Below are positions 51,651-64,000 of a stretch of DNA of 64,000 nucleotides, in pieces. A program made the position numbers and the translations under genes. The first letter of the stretch is position 1. Each line of letters starts with the position of its first letter. This stretch comes from Felis catus (lineage: Eukaryota), in assembly GCF_018350175.1 (NCBI RefSeq), contig NC_058368.1, forward strand, positions 180,856,001 to 180,920,000. The letters run 5' to 3'. Under the pieces are notes generated by a model. It saw only the letters and a program-made list of their open reading frames with translations. It was not told the DNA's origin and searched no databases.

Positions 51651-53629
51651 CTCCCATGCCGACACAATGGCTAGCGTTTGCACGGTTAGAACAATGCCCC
51701 CAGAGTCTGCCCCCATCTTAAGAGGTCAGCCTGGGGAAGGAAGGTAAATGCCAAGCAGGCTGACATTAGGACAGCAGCAGGGCCCAGATGCAATCTGTTC
51801 TTTGTATGTGGTGGTGTAAGGTTTGGCTCCTAAGCTCTGGGGAGAACAGTTCTTACTGCAAAGCTTCTCTGTAGAGTTTTGTCATCTCCACCACCTGTGG
51901 GATTCCAAATGAAGACTGGAAACCACAGGCAAGGCCTGACTAAACGGGATTATCCAGAGCCTCCGTCCAGAATCGCTCTCCATGGTTCTGAAACAGCACC
52001 ATGCCCTAGGAGCTGGTTTCTTTCTCCCAACCCTGAGAAATGTATGCCCAACTTCCAAGGGAAAATTTAAATTAGGTGAGGGAATTTTTGGAGGAGAGAG
52101 AAAAGAAAAGAGTCAATAAACAGAGACAAGAACAGAGTTTCTGGAAAAGGCATAGCCACTGAGTGATTGTCAGGGGGTAAAAGAAGGAAATGATTTGTTT
52201 TGACACTATTTTCAAATAATCACAGTTGTCAAGAAAGAAACCATTGCTGACCAGGGATGAAATGCTGAAAGACTTAAGGAAAGTGAAGATCTTACATGTT
52301 AGGTGATGCAATATGGGACAGGATCAAACAGGTTTGTGTGGGCAACCAATGAACCCCAGTGCAGTGGAAGTGATGTGATTAAAGTTAACACATGCAAAAA
52401 ATCTCGAACTTTTTCTTTTCTTATGAAAACTTGCCACATTATACAGAGGAAAGACAAAGACAATTGTGGCTAGTTTGTTACACAAATGTGTAAATCTGCA
52501 ATGTCAGTAAATCTTAGAAGTTGGGGTTAGGGTTAACTTGCTGCTTGTATCCTTTGCTATGCTTCTATTTAGAACAGCTATTTCACTACCTCTTGCTCTT
52601 TTTTTCCCCGAGATTAGTATAATTCATAGAATAATCTGCATTAAAGTCAAAGAAAGCTTTGGCTAAAGACCACTGAATGCTAAAGATGGAAACTCAGATA
52701 ATATCTGGAACAACAGTTTCATTGCACTGATGACAAAATTATGGCTCAGAGAGAGAAACTGGCTTTTCCCACACCACACAGCGAATTAGTAACCTGAGTC
52801 CAAGACTCTGTTCACCAAATTACACTCCTCTTAATAATGTTCAAGTTGAAGGACAAATAGAAGACCAAAGTTCAAGTTAGGATGAAGAAAATCTGGTTTC
52901 ACAACAAATCATATTTATGGGCTATAATCCTATACTTCTAATCCAAGATATATAAAACAGTTGCCACCTGAAATAAAGCCCAACATATAATGTTACACTC
53001 TTGTTTTCCAAACTATGTTCTCTAGAATACTGAGTTTTCTCAGTGTGCAAACATGTGTCCCAGAAGAGTTTCATGCCCAGTTTGTGCAGTATGAGATAGT
53101 ATGAGAAGCATAAGAAAATGAGTCCCACTGGAGTCTATGCTCATGTGATCACATCTGGATTGGCTGATCCATTCCATCTTGGGTTTACATCATTGCAAAA
53201 ACCTTATTGAGAAACTGGATTTATGCAAGAGAAGAAATTTAGACTGATGTTTGTGTTAGATATCATTTAATAGGCTATAGGCCTTATAGGTCTGGAGCCT
53301 TCAAAAGGGGTAAGGAAAATTGTAATAATCCTCAAATAACTGAGTCATTACCCATAGAAAAAGAAATGGACTTTTATGAATTGGTTGAGAAGTCAGTTCC
53401 AGAAATGATAAAAATTAACAGTGGCAGATTCAGTTCAATATCTACTGCATTTATCTATGCCTCTCCTTTATCTAAGTTCCACCTAGTATTATGGTTCTTT
53501 AGGCATATGCCTTATCATTCTTTCTAGAGTGTCATCTACTCTTTTATTCATTCAACACATGCTTATTGAGTAACTACTACATTTCAAACTTTCTTTCAGC
53601 CTATGATGCTGCTCTAGGTGATTGTTGAA

Positions 53630-53730
53630 TCTGTCCTGTTAGTGTTGTTGTTTGTAATCTTTCTGTCTCCCAGAGCACCTAATAAAGTACTTGCTCATAG
53701 AAAGTGTTTAATAAGTATTTGTTGACAAAA
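53630..53730 (+). mobile_element. L2 3' end
   Basis: 'cccagagcacctaataaagtacttgctcatagaaagtgtttaataagtatttgttga'. Confidence 0.75.
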
Positions 53731-54714
53731 ATGGAAAAGTGAGCAAAGAGCTTTCCAACATTTACTGAGTAACATCAGAACTGGCATCCTTATAGGTAAT
53801 AAGCTTTTCCATCACCGAGATTATGCAAGTATTCCTGAGCAGTCCTTGTTAGCAAATTAAGAGAGAATGTTTTGGCATTTAGTGAGAGGTATGATTACAG
53901 GCGCTTTAAATTCATCTCCAGTTCTAAATCCCTATAGTTCTAGGAGTATTCTTGTCACTCTCCTTAGGAGTAAAAGAGACATAGGATCATTTCGAAGATG
54001 TCTCAAAAACAAGCAGTCTTCCCAGAGAGTCTCCCTGCCCTACCAGAAGTCATAAACACATTTGTCTTCCTGCCTTCTGCATATCTGAAAAATTTTAGCT
54101 CCCAGCTGAAAAGTGAGACCCATATAGATTCATGCATCCTTAGAGAACTTAACTCTATTTAAAGGAAACATGTCACTGTGTTGGAGCTTAAGCTCAAATT
54201 AATTATAACAAGTGTAATATTTGGCCAACCTTAGTCTCATGTTTCAACATTCCTGCTTGATCAGTTTCCAGAACTAAATGAAAGCCTATAACCATTTTCA
54301 ATGTAATAACACCTTTTGCTTTTATGAATGCTTTCATCTGTGGATCCCAAAGCATGGTGCAAACAGTAATTAATGTTTACCTGGGAGGTAAGGGTGCATT
54401 TGCTCTGCTCATTTGGCAAAGTGGGTGTAGGATGGGGTGACTGTCCAGGCAAAAAGTGAAATTGCGTGATTCCTCTTCCAACCCATTTTTTTCTAACATT
54501 GTGGTAAACTAGTCATGTTGTTTAAGCAAAGAGTTGGCATATGTGCACTTAAACTAAAATAGTTTCTTTCCAGGACAAGAGAAGTTGAAATAAGTGATTG
54601 CATGGAAAATAAAAAGGACAATGGGGAAATCTCATCAGTGTTCCCAGAGAAGCCATCATAAAAAAGACTCTTGAACCTTGCCCTCCTCCTTTCTCTTCCT
54701 CCCTCCCTTGTTTC

Positions 54715-55598
54715 CATTTATTAAACATATATTCCTTGAGAATCTAATATATGCCAGGTACTATTTTATGGGATGAAACTATGAAGTGAAAAACCAGAAT
54801 TCTTGCCTTCCTGAGGCTTATATTCTGGTGGCGAGAGTGGAAAACCAATAAAAAATAGCAAAAGTAACAATAGATACATGACTTTAAAGACATACCCAAA
54901 CACATACATTTAAGTACACATGCATATATGGGCTGTAGGGGGAAAACAGAGAAAGGTAAGGAGAATGGGGGGTGGAAAGGTGGGGTTCATGAGGGTGGAT
55001 ACTGCTTAATATAAGGTCATCAGGAAAGACCTTCCAAGTAAGGTAACATTTGAACAGGGACCTGAAGGTAGTGAGAGAGGGAGCCATGCTGGTATCTGGG
55101 GGGAAGCAAAGTCCAGACAGAAGGAGTAACATGAAAACAGGCTGTGAGCTGACAGCATGCCTGATGCATTTCAGGAATACCAAGCAGGTCAGGGAGCCTG
55201 CACTGCAATGAGAGATGGAGAAGAGGGAGACCTTATAAGCCACTGTGAGGTCTTTGGCCTCCAATCTGAGTGAGATGGAAGGCTTCTAGAGAGTTCTTGG
55301 GGGAGGAGTGACATGTCTGATGTTTAGTTTAGCAAAATCACTTTAGCTGCTGTGTTGACAAGAGCCCTAAGGAAGGCAAAGGCAAAAGCAGGGAGACCCA
55401 TTAGAATATGATTGCAATAATCCAGATCAAAGATTACTGGGGCCTGGAATGGAGAGGTGGTGGTAGTGACAATGGTGGCAAAGATCAGAACCTGGACATA
55501 TTTTGAAGGTCAAGCTAATATGTTTGGCTGATGCATTAATGCAGGTGTGACAGCAAGAGAGTACTCAATAACAACTCCGTTTGGGGCCTGAATGAGCA
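54715..55598 (-). mobile_element. L2 (L2a-like) long fragment
   Basis: 'atatgccaggtactatt...gaggcttatattctggtgg', 'aggtaacatttgaacagggacctgaag' and 'atcactttagctgctgtgttga'. Confidence 0.88.
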
Positions 55599-56569
55599 TG
55601 GCTACAGAGGCATGAGTCCTACCATATTTAGGCTATGCACTGGCTTTAGCACATAGTGTAAGAAGACATAACTGGATTGTAAACTACCATAAATGTTCTA
55701 AAGTAATGCTAATTGTTGCCTAGAAAACACTTCCAGACAGGTGAATCACGATTTTATTCACAACTTTAGTAAAAAATATGTCCCAGGATAAAGGAGGTAA
55801 AAAAGGTTCTGGAACAGAGCATAACTGACACAGCAGACACCCATCTTTTATTTGACTTAAGAAAATATAAAATCTAAGATGAGAGAATTGAGCTTTCATC
55901 TTTGTTTGGGTAAAGCAATGCTATACATACTCAAAGTTAAAATTTCTCAACATATACAGGGATAGGAATGGTCCAGAAAATAAGCCATTTTCCCTGCAAA
56001 CTCATATTCACATGTGGTACAGAGTAGTAAATTAATTTTGGTCCTGTTCTCTGATTTCTCCTTTAGCTTGACCTGATTTTCTTGCAAGCCTCAGGCACAG
56101 TTAATTTGTAGGGAGGGGTGTGTGTATATATTAGAGAATATGTATTTGTACGTGTGTGAGTAGATGGGGATCTTTGCTGAAATATTAATATAGCATCTTT
56201 TTTATTATTATTTATAGGAGAACTATAACTTCAGGGCTTTTAAAATGAAAAGAAATGGAAGATAGGTGATGTGAAATTATTTTTTAGTGTTCATACCCTT
56301 TGGTTGATATATAAATAATACAAATGAAATGGTAAACAGCATTAAGGGTACAATTATTGAGTAAGTAGAAATGTAGATTCACAACAGTATCAAGTTCCTA
56401 GGTATCATGATAGGGAAGCAGCTATTCATGTAAAGCTCTGTAAGTTGGGTGTTTTTTTAAAAAGTCTTATTTGAATTTTACTGTGGTTGACTCATCTTAC
56501 TGCAAAACTAGAAGATGAATTTCTATCTATAAAATCAAAAGTCTAAAGCTTGGATAGAGACTGACCACA

Positions 56570-57720
56570 AATACACAATTTCAGTGTGCACAGAGTAAGC
56601 GAAAAGCAAATTGTGACAGTCTCTTGAATGAAACAGTTGTTTAATTGGTTCTGAGTGACCCACCATTCTAGACTGCCATGCAGCATTAATTGTGGGGAAA
56701 CTGCTTCAAACCTTTCCAGGAAAATATGCCAAATCCTGTAAAGGAAGGCAAACATTTTCCTTAAAACAGCAACAAAGGAAACATCACCACAAAATCACGT
56801 TGGAACCATCGACTTAAAAGTATGTTATGAGTGAAATTTCCTCTTCTCAAATGGAGCCTCGATTAAAATGAATGTCTGAGCCCTGTAATCTCCCATAGGG
56901 TTATGGAACCTTATTTATTTAAATTGGTTGGTTGTCCCCTGAGAGTTCTACCAATGGAGTGATGCGAAAACTCATTAGTGCCATTTTATTTTTAAATTCC
57001 ACAGAACAGCCTCAAACAGAGCATGATCGCTTCCCAGAGTGCTCCCACTGTGGAGCATCATTTACAACGGGAAGCGCACCAGTAAATCATAATGCCCATC
57101 ACTCAAACAGAGCTTTCCATCTTCCTACTTTCCTGTATGACTCCGTGGGTAACAAATCCAGTTCATGACAACACCTGCAATGAAAATGTGACACGCAGGA
57201 CACATGTGCTCCTTTTTGTCTAATTCTGCAATTTTCTAAATGTTATGAGGAGGACACATAACTTGGAACTCCATGCTAACAAGAAATGTAAAAGAGCCGA
57301 TCATGCACATTTGCTTTCTAATCAGACTCATACTCCGCTTATACAGTAGAGGCACAAACGCAAAGAAACACCAATTACCATTAAGCCCAGATGTAAAGAG
57401 ATCAATGCATGGGCTAACAATTGGGTGCTGTCAAACATTAAAACTGCTAAATTCTCGTCTTGTTAAATCATCTGATGGCCACTTCTTCTTTAGTTAAATA
57501 GGGATAAATAATAAAAAACAATTTACAACTAAAAGATGCTAGCGTTTTGCAGCTGCTGAATGTCTTTTGGGGAGATTAGATTCTATAATGAGGAGATATA
57601 ACCATCATTTTATAAAAGCTGTTGCTGTCTTGGGAAAAACACCACTGAATACGATTAGAAAAAGCCTTTCCTTCATGAACCTATTACAGTCATGTGCTGA
57701 TTGCTTGGCATATGCTTAAT
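56570..57720. promoter_or_regulatory. Candidate conserved non-coding element
   Basis: Repeat-free, TAAT/ATTA-rich, about 16 retained CpGs counted by eye in about 1.1 kb. Confidence 0.45.
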
Positions 57721-57928
57721 GATATCTTCATAGCTGAAAAACAATAATTTGTTACTGTAAATCTTGACATAATATATTAAGTTCAACTGTGCCCTTATTA
57801 GTTCTGCCTTTGACTTGAGTGGTTTAAACTTGCAAAATCCTACAAAAGTTGATAAGCACATCAACTAACTACAGTTTTAATGTAGATGTACACATTTCCC
57901 AATAGCTTAATTAGACGTTTTTCTCAAA

Positions 57929-58110
57929 GGGGCGCCTGGGTTTTTCAGTCGGTTAGACATCCGACTCTTGACTTTGGCTGAAGTCATGACCCTAGGGTGG
58001 TGGGATTGAACCCTGAGTTGGGCTCTGCCCTGAGAATGGAGCCTGATTAAGATTCTCTCTCCCTCTCTCTCTTCCCCTCTCACCTGCTTTCTCTCAAAAA
58101 AGAAAAAAAA
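57929..58110 (+). mobile_element. SINEC
   Basis: 'ggggcgcctgggtttttcagtcggttaga...'; TSD agacgtttttctcaaa (57913-57928) / agaagttttgctcaaa (58111-58126), 14/16 identical. Confidence 0.96.
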
Positions 58111-59694
58111 AGAAGTTTTGCTCAAATAATTTCAATATTATTTCAAGCATCTGTGGCTACTGGTTCTCCATTAAGGGTGTCTGAGATACAGTAATGGGGG
58201 AATGAGAATTATGGAATGGACAAAGCTCTGTGTGTACTGCAGACATTATTAGGCAAGAAACAGCTAACATTACTATCTTTCCTTTTTTTAAAAAAACATA
58301 TCAATTAAAGTATCAAGTGACATAACTCTAACAGAGACATTTCTAAAAGAGTTGATAATTCTTTGATCAAAGAAATGAAGAGAGGAGGAAGCAACATGGC
58401 ACTTCTGTTTGCTTCTTTTCCAACTTACATCCCTCTCAAACAAGTGGGCTGCAGGAATCTCCCCCTATCTCCAGCAGAAAGACCCAATCACGTCTTGACC
58501 ATAAGACTTTTTTTTTTTTTTTTTTTTGCTGCTGCTTTCCACAAAAACAGAGATGTCCACTACAAAGCTTAAGTCCCAGAACTGTTTTACTCTTTATAGT
58601 CAAAAGTCTATCCTTGAGCTCTGGTATTCTTTCTATCCAAGGCCAAATTTGGAAGCCTTGCAGTAGGAACTTGTTACACCTTAAACCAAGTGATGATAAA
58701 ACATCCAGAAAGGAAAAAGATAACAGGTTTTCTCACCTTATCAAATATTTCTGTAGTACTTGGCACTATAAAATCCTTGCTTAATATCATTGGTGACTAG
58801 GACAAATCTGGATATATGTACCTTATTGTTTGTAACTTTTTAAAATTATTAACTATACACACAAGCAATAACTGTTTATCTTCTCGTCTAAGACAAAGAA
58901 CTTCATACCAGGACTCAGAATCGTGAATCATGGGACAAACTAAGATAACTTGGCTGTTTCACAGGGTTTGTCCACCAGTGCCCTCTACCCGCAGCAGAGT
59001 ATTGAAACACCTCCCCACGCCCCTCTTAAGCTTCCACTTACTCCAAACAACAGAATTTTAACTTGTGAAACAGAAATCTCACACAAAGGCTGACACATTT
59101 CTTCATAAATAGGATTCAAGGCTTTGCTCTTCCTGGGTTCCATGGAGAAATTTATCTCCTGGGATTGGGGTAACAATTAGTGATTCATGCACTCTAACAG
59201 TGATAGTACTAGGTGGGAAAGATCACACATTCATGAATGAACATGAGAAAATTCAGAGTTGTAATTATTTAGCATTTTTAACGCCAAACCTCAGCTGCGT
59301 CACACAAATCTCTGAATCCAGCACTACAGACCTACTATTAACTCCCCGCAAAAATGGGGGGGGGGGGGGAGAGGCAGAACACGAAACAAGACGAAAATAG
59401 TGGCTTTTTTTCCTTGCTTTTAATTTAATTTTAATGCCTTTGATTAAAATATGTACTCTCCAATTTGACACAGACCTCCCTATTCCCTCTTACTGATCCC
59501 TGGCTATTTCATTCATTCACATGGCCTAGCTGGTCCTTATGGGCCCTTGAATTTTCAATCCAAGGGTAAAATCTGTGGTGGCTCTATTATTTACCATTTA
59601 CCATTTGAAGCAACTTGCATGATCTATCCAGCACTCATGACCTATTCAATCGTCTGTTGTGACCCACCAATGTTTATTCCTCTGCATGTTCCCA

Positions 59695-60200
59695 GTGATA
59701 TGCCACAGGGCTCTGTTGCTGGACATTCTCAGGAGGTTCTTTGAAAAACTGAATAAGGATACAAATAACAGTATTAACATATTTGTAGAGAACATAGGGC
59801 TAGAAGTAAAAGCTTATATTTTTGGACAAGAGAATGAATGAAGATCCAAACACATCTGAATCATCCAAACTGAAATCTAAGAGAGTAAATGTAAAGTTCT
59901 GTATTTAGGATAAAAGAAGAAAAATCCTACGCAAGTGCTAGCTGGGAAAATATGATTCCACAGAAGCACATATGAAAAAAGGCTTTGGGGTTTTCTATCA
60001 GAAGCTTTGTTAGGAGACACTTATTGATGTATTTCACTCAAATAAATCACTATTAGAAGTCAAGGTTCTGATCAAGAGAAACCATACCTCAAGCTCTACT
60101 CTAAGATAGTCACAACAGGCTCATAGATACAGTGACATTTCAAGATGGCCATCTGTAAACTGGAACATATTCCTAAGAAAACTGGGAGGATGGTATTTGG
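59695..60200 (+). mobile_element. CR1/L3 LINE fossil, reverse-transcriptase region
   Basis: Translates PQGSV (about 59703-59717) and KCKVLYLG (59887-59910), in the order expected for CR1 ORF2; frames are broken. Confidence 0.8.
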
Positions 60201-61231
60201 GGGATAAATCTGAGTCAGAGGAAGATGTGAGGAAAAAAAAAACAAAACACAAGATGCTCAGGTAAGAGACCTGGAGACAAGCAGGGTGGGTCTGGTGTGC
60301 CCATGAACAGATTAGTCCAATACTGCAGGAGAAGGTTGCCATTTATTTTGTTTGCAGAGGGGAGAATAGAAGCCAAGGAACAGAGGAGATAAGAAAAAGC
60401 ATCCAGCTAAATAGAAGGACCCTTTTTCTAACGATTTGACTGATACACAAGTGGAATGGGCTTTCTTGCACAGAAGTGAGTTCACTGTGGGTGGAGGCAT
60501 GCAAGCAGTTATTAGATGGCCCGAAGAGGGGATGGTAAGGAGGAAATCCATGTGTGGATAAAAATAGGATAAGATGACTTCTGTGGTCTAGTCCAAAAGC
60601 AAGATTTTCTGGTACCATGTCCTTACTGTCCTTAAGATAGCATAAATTACAAAACAGATCCACTGGAGGTAGAAGGGTAGAAATCAAGTTCATTTATATG
60701 GAACAAAAAAAGAACAAAAAATGCTACTTAGGGCCAATCTAAAGAGGCTTTCTCTTTCAATAAATTAGTCCCTGGTGAACCTTAGGCTTGGGAATGTGGT
60801 TCATAAGCACGTCCCAGGCTATTAATTTGTTCATCAAAGAGACCCAAAATATCCTACCATTTAAATTTTCAATGTTATTTGTAGCATTTTTCTCTGTGGA
60901 TTCATCTATTCCCAGCAATTTGATTACTGGCACCTTGTAAACAACACCTGAACAATCTTAAAAAGACTCCCCAGCACTTTTAGGCTATGTAGTGGGGGGG
61001 GGGGTGTTGGGGGTGGTCGTGGCGGGTGGTAGGTAGGTAGCAATGTAAGCACTGCTGACAGGCCAGAGTTTCCCTTTCCCTCCTTTCTGACTCAGGAGAA
61101 TTTTTAAATCAAATGATTTGCCACTCAGGCTTTGTAGATACATGCGGATGAGGAAAAAATTTGAACGCAGGGATGCTGGATATGACCTTTTCCTGAGTTG
61201 CTGTGCTATCCTGAGTGAAAAGTAACATTTG

Positions 61232-61520
61232 CCATCATTCAGTCAGTTTTGACTGAGGGCTGACCCCCTGCAGGAGCTGGTCTACACAGGAGGAACACCA
61301 CTGGAATCAGCCTCGGCCCGTGTCCTCAAGGAATTCACGCTTGGTGAGGGAAACGGAAAACATAAATAGGGGGCTCAGTTTTCAGTGTGGTAACTGTATT
61401 CAAGGGATCTGATTAAAGTGGCTGGCAAACCCAGAAAAGGGGCAGTTAACATTTCCTGGGGAAGGAGGGTTGATGACAAATAAAGAGCAAAGCCAACTTT
61501 AGATTAGATGTTGCTAGTAG
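61232..61520 (-). mobile_element. L2 fragment
   Basis: 'cattcagtcagttttgactgagggctgacc...gtcctcaaggaattcac'. Confidence 0.6.
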
Positions 61521-62689
61521 CTGAGGGTGAAAGAACGAGTTCCCATATGACATCAAGTGGGTGTAAAGTAACAGGTGGAAAGGCTATGGGAAGAGCTGCC
61601 AAGGCTAGCTATCCAGATCCTCTCCCTGTCTCCATCTAACAATTGCACTGAGTTTTTGGTGCTTATGTTTCCAAAGAGAAACGGGGACATTAGAAGGCCA
61701 TGCACTTGCCTCTGGGAACTATTCTGAAGACAGAAATGAGGGGATGGTGTTTTGGAAAAGTTTAAAGTTGGTAAATTTGGGTTGGAAATCACAAGCTGGG
61801 CATCTCTGCAGGCTACACAACACTGTCTATAGGTATGACACTGAATGCCTTCAATAGGGTCTATATTCTCCAGTTCATGTCTGGTCCTGGCAACTTCTCA
61901 TCTTATTCCACGGGCCAGGCTTTTCCAACCTCTGTGACCTGCCTAAGACCAGAACAACTTGATATTAAAGTGTTCTGCACAAAGTGATGTGGGAAGTGTG
62001 AATATGTCTGATCCTGGATCTTTCTCTTAGTGGGAAAGTGATACATTGATCCATGACATTAATGAGAGTGATTACGAACAGGTCTTTGATGTTAGAGTTA
62101 TTTTCCATGCAGTCCTTTTAAAGGAAAGTAAATATCTCTGCCCCATCAAGAATGGAGTTGACATTCTCTGCAAAATTCAGAGAGAGAGGAGAAAGTAATG
62201 AAGGGGAGTGTTTGTACTTGAAAAAATCGAAACAAAGAAACTCCCATAACAATTGTTGAAGTTATATTCTTAAAGTAAAATGAATTCTTTCCTAACTTGC
62301 CAAAAATGGCAAATAAGACTGAAAGTCGACTTCCAAATGGTTGTCTTTGGCAGTCTCACACTATTTCATGTAAAATATAGTCCATTTTACAGGAAGAGTT
62401 GTAAGGAATTGGCTAAGACATGATGACATTCATGAATTCAGCATGACGGGAGGATAGGAAGAGGAGAAAGAAGATGCTAGAGAAGTAAAGAAGGAGAGTA
62501 AACGTGAAAGATGGAAACACTGAAGAGGTGAAAGACTGAGAAGGATTTTTTTTTTGTCATCCTCAAATCTCTAAAACGTCTTTTACATATATGAAAACTC
62601 TAAACTCAAATGGAGGCGAGATAAAGCCAATGAGACCCATTATGCCAGGAGGGAATCATGGAACATGGGTGAAGGAGAGCACATACACT

Positions 62690-63200
62690 CGAGTTTGCCT
62701 GAAACCGACTATTAAGTGGGAAATATCTGGCAAGTAACTCCCTGTATTTCAATTGAAAATGCCTGCTTAAAGCAGGTGTCCTGCTTCCCTTTTTCTTCCC
62801 TAGTTTGAGAGCCAATTACAAATGCCTTCTGGTGATTCAGACCAAAAAAATTACCAAACTCTGTAACAGAACAAGGCTGCCTAGGAATCTGAACTTTGTT
62901 TACACAATTAGGAGACACTCACGTGCACATTCTGTAAATGACAAGGTTCCCGCAGCAAATTAACAAGAATAATTTTCCCATCTCAGGAGCTGTCAAGATG
63001 GGCCCTGTTGGCCAATTTATCTTACTCTAGCACATCTCTGGTGCTTGTCAATCAATATGTGAAACATTTGGTGCTGATTGCCATTTTTCTCTCCACTTCC
63101 TTTTGCCTCTTGTACCAGGCAATTTACTGCAAGTCAATCAAGGTCGAAGCCGACCTTGTTTAAATAAAACACTGTTCAGCTTCTTTCACACCAACAATTT
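62690..63200. promoter_or_regulatory. Candidate conserved non-coding element / enhancer
   Basis: TGTTTAC (62897), CACGTG (62920), CTGTCA (62990), and two minus-strand TTGATTGAC sites (63047-63055, 63133-63141). Confidence 0.45.
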
Positions 63201-64000
63201 CAAAGACAGTGTAAATGTAAAAGATACAGCTCATTCTATCTTTCTTTCCACCCCCCCCAACATTCTCCTAAAATGTTACCTTTGAGTTATAAGCCATAAC
63301 TAAAACCACCTGGAGACTGAGAAAACTAAGTTGAGAAAGGGTGAGGAAATGTGTATTTTGGATGCCGATCTTCACTATTAAAGAACCTCTCTGCCAGCAG
63401 AGAGGTCTTACATTAAAGAGCATTCATGACGGTCTTGCCGACACCAGGAAGCCCTCAGTCAGGGCAGGGCCACATGGCACAGATCATATACCCCTGATTA
63501 TCAGAACACGAAAACACAAAGCAAGCAATTTAATGTATTTGCCCTGGTGATCAGGTCCTATAGTTGACAGAATCTTAGGACATTTTGGGGATAGATCATC
63601 CTGTACCAACTTAAACCTTTATTATCATCATTACATACACGGAAGAAAAATGTAGAGAGAAAGCAGCAAAGCCTGTTGAAGCTCTTGAGAATAATCTGCT
63701 CACAGGTTTTGTTTTGAAAACCTTGTTTTTCCTGCACACCATCTCTAATCTTTTTTTTTTTTTCTTTTTCTGAATAAATCCAGCCCTGGTTGCTTAGTAA
63801 AATACAACTTTGCAACCCCACCCCTGCAAATGTTAAGAATAAACATTGAAATGAGTCCCGGCTAAATTTGACTCTCAAAGAAAGAAATACAGTTAGACAA
63901 ATATAGAGTTTCCTGAAAATAGTAACATGCAACTTAACTGCTAAAGTACCGCTATGCTCTCAAAATGATTAGTGAGAAATCAATGTTTTTTAAGTGCCTA

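Noticed and set aside
57929..58010. tRNA-like A/B box sequence at SINE heads (all seven copies)
   Set aside because: These are tRNA-derived SINE heads followed by (CT)n/A tails and TSDs, not tRNA genes
59547..59910. A novel reverse-transcriptase system
   Set aside because: The motifs lie in different frames with stops and no intact catalytic motif; a decayed CR1/L3 explains them

Overview
Mammalian genomic DNA, not prokaryotic. It is CpG-depleted and roughly 40% GC by eye. Seven tRNA-derived carnivore SINEs of the feliform (SINEC_Fc-like) type point to a cat-like carnivore. I find no supportable protein-coding gene, RNA gene, CRISPR array or CpG-island promoter: the ORF track consists of chance ORFs, microsatellite translations and decayed retroelement fragments. 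The window reads as intergenic or deep-intronic sequence with a dense fossil transposon record (MIR, L2, CR1/L3, L1, MaLR/ERV LTRs, hAT and Tigger MITEs). Between the repeats lie several 0.5-1.2 kb repeat-free islands rich in homeodomain/PBX/MEIS/SOX-type motifs, which look like conserved non-coding enhancers of the kind found near developmental regulator genes. This is an inference, since conservation cannot be tested here. I did not find a convincing new biological system. The most notable structures seen directly are a recent 129/130-bp tandem duplication (9872-10130), an old ~165-bp local duplication in which only one copy carries a Tigger insertion (47312-47818 vs 49871-50035), a solo LTR with a 4-bp target-site duplication (TSD) splitting a MIR (28137-28699), and a CR1/L3 reverse-transcriptase fossil (59695-60200). 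Repeat family names come from recalled consensus sequences, and boundaries of old repeats are approximate.
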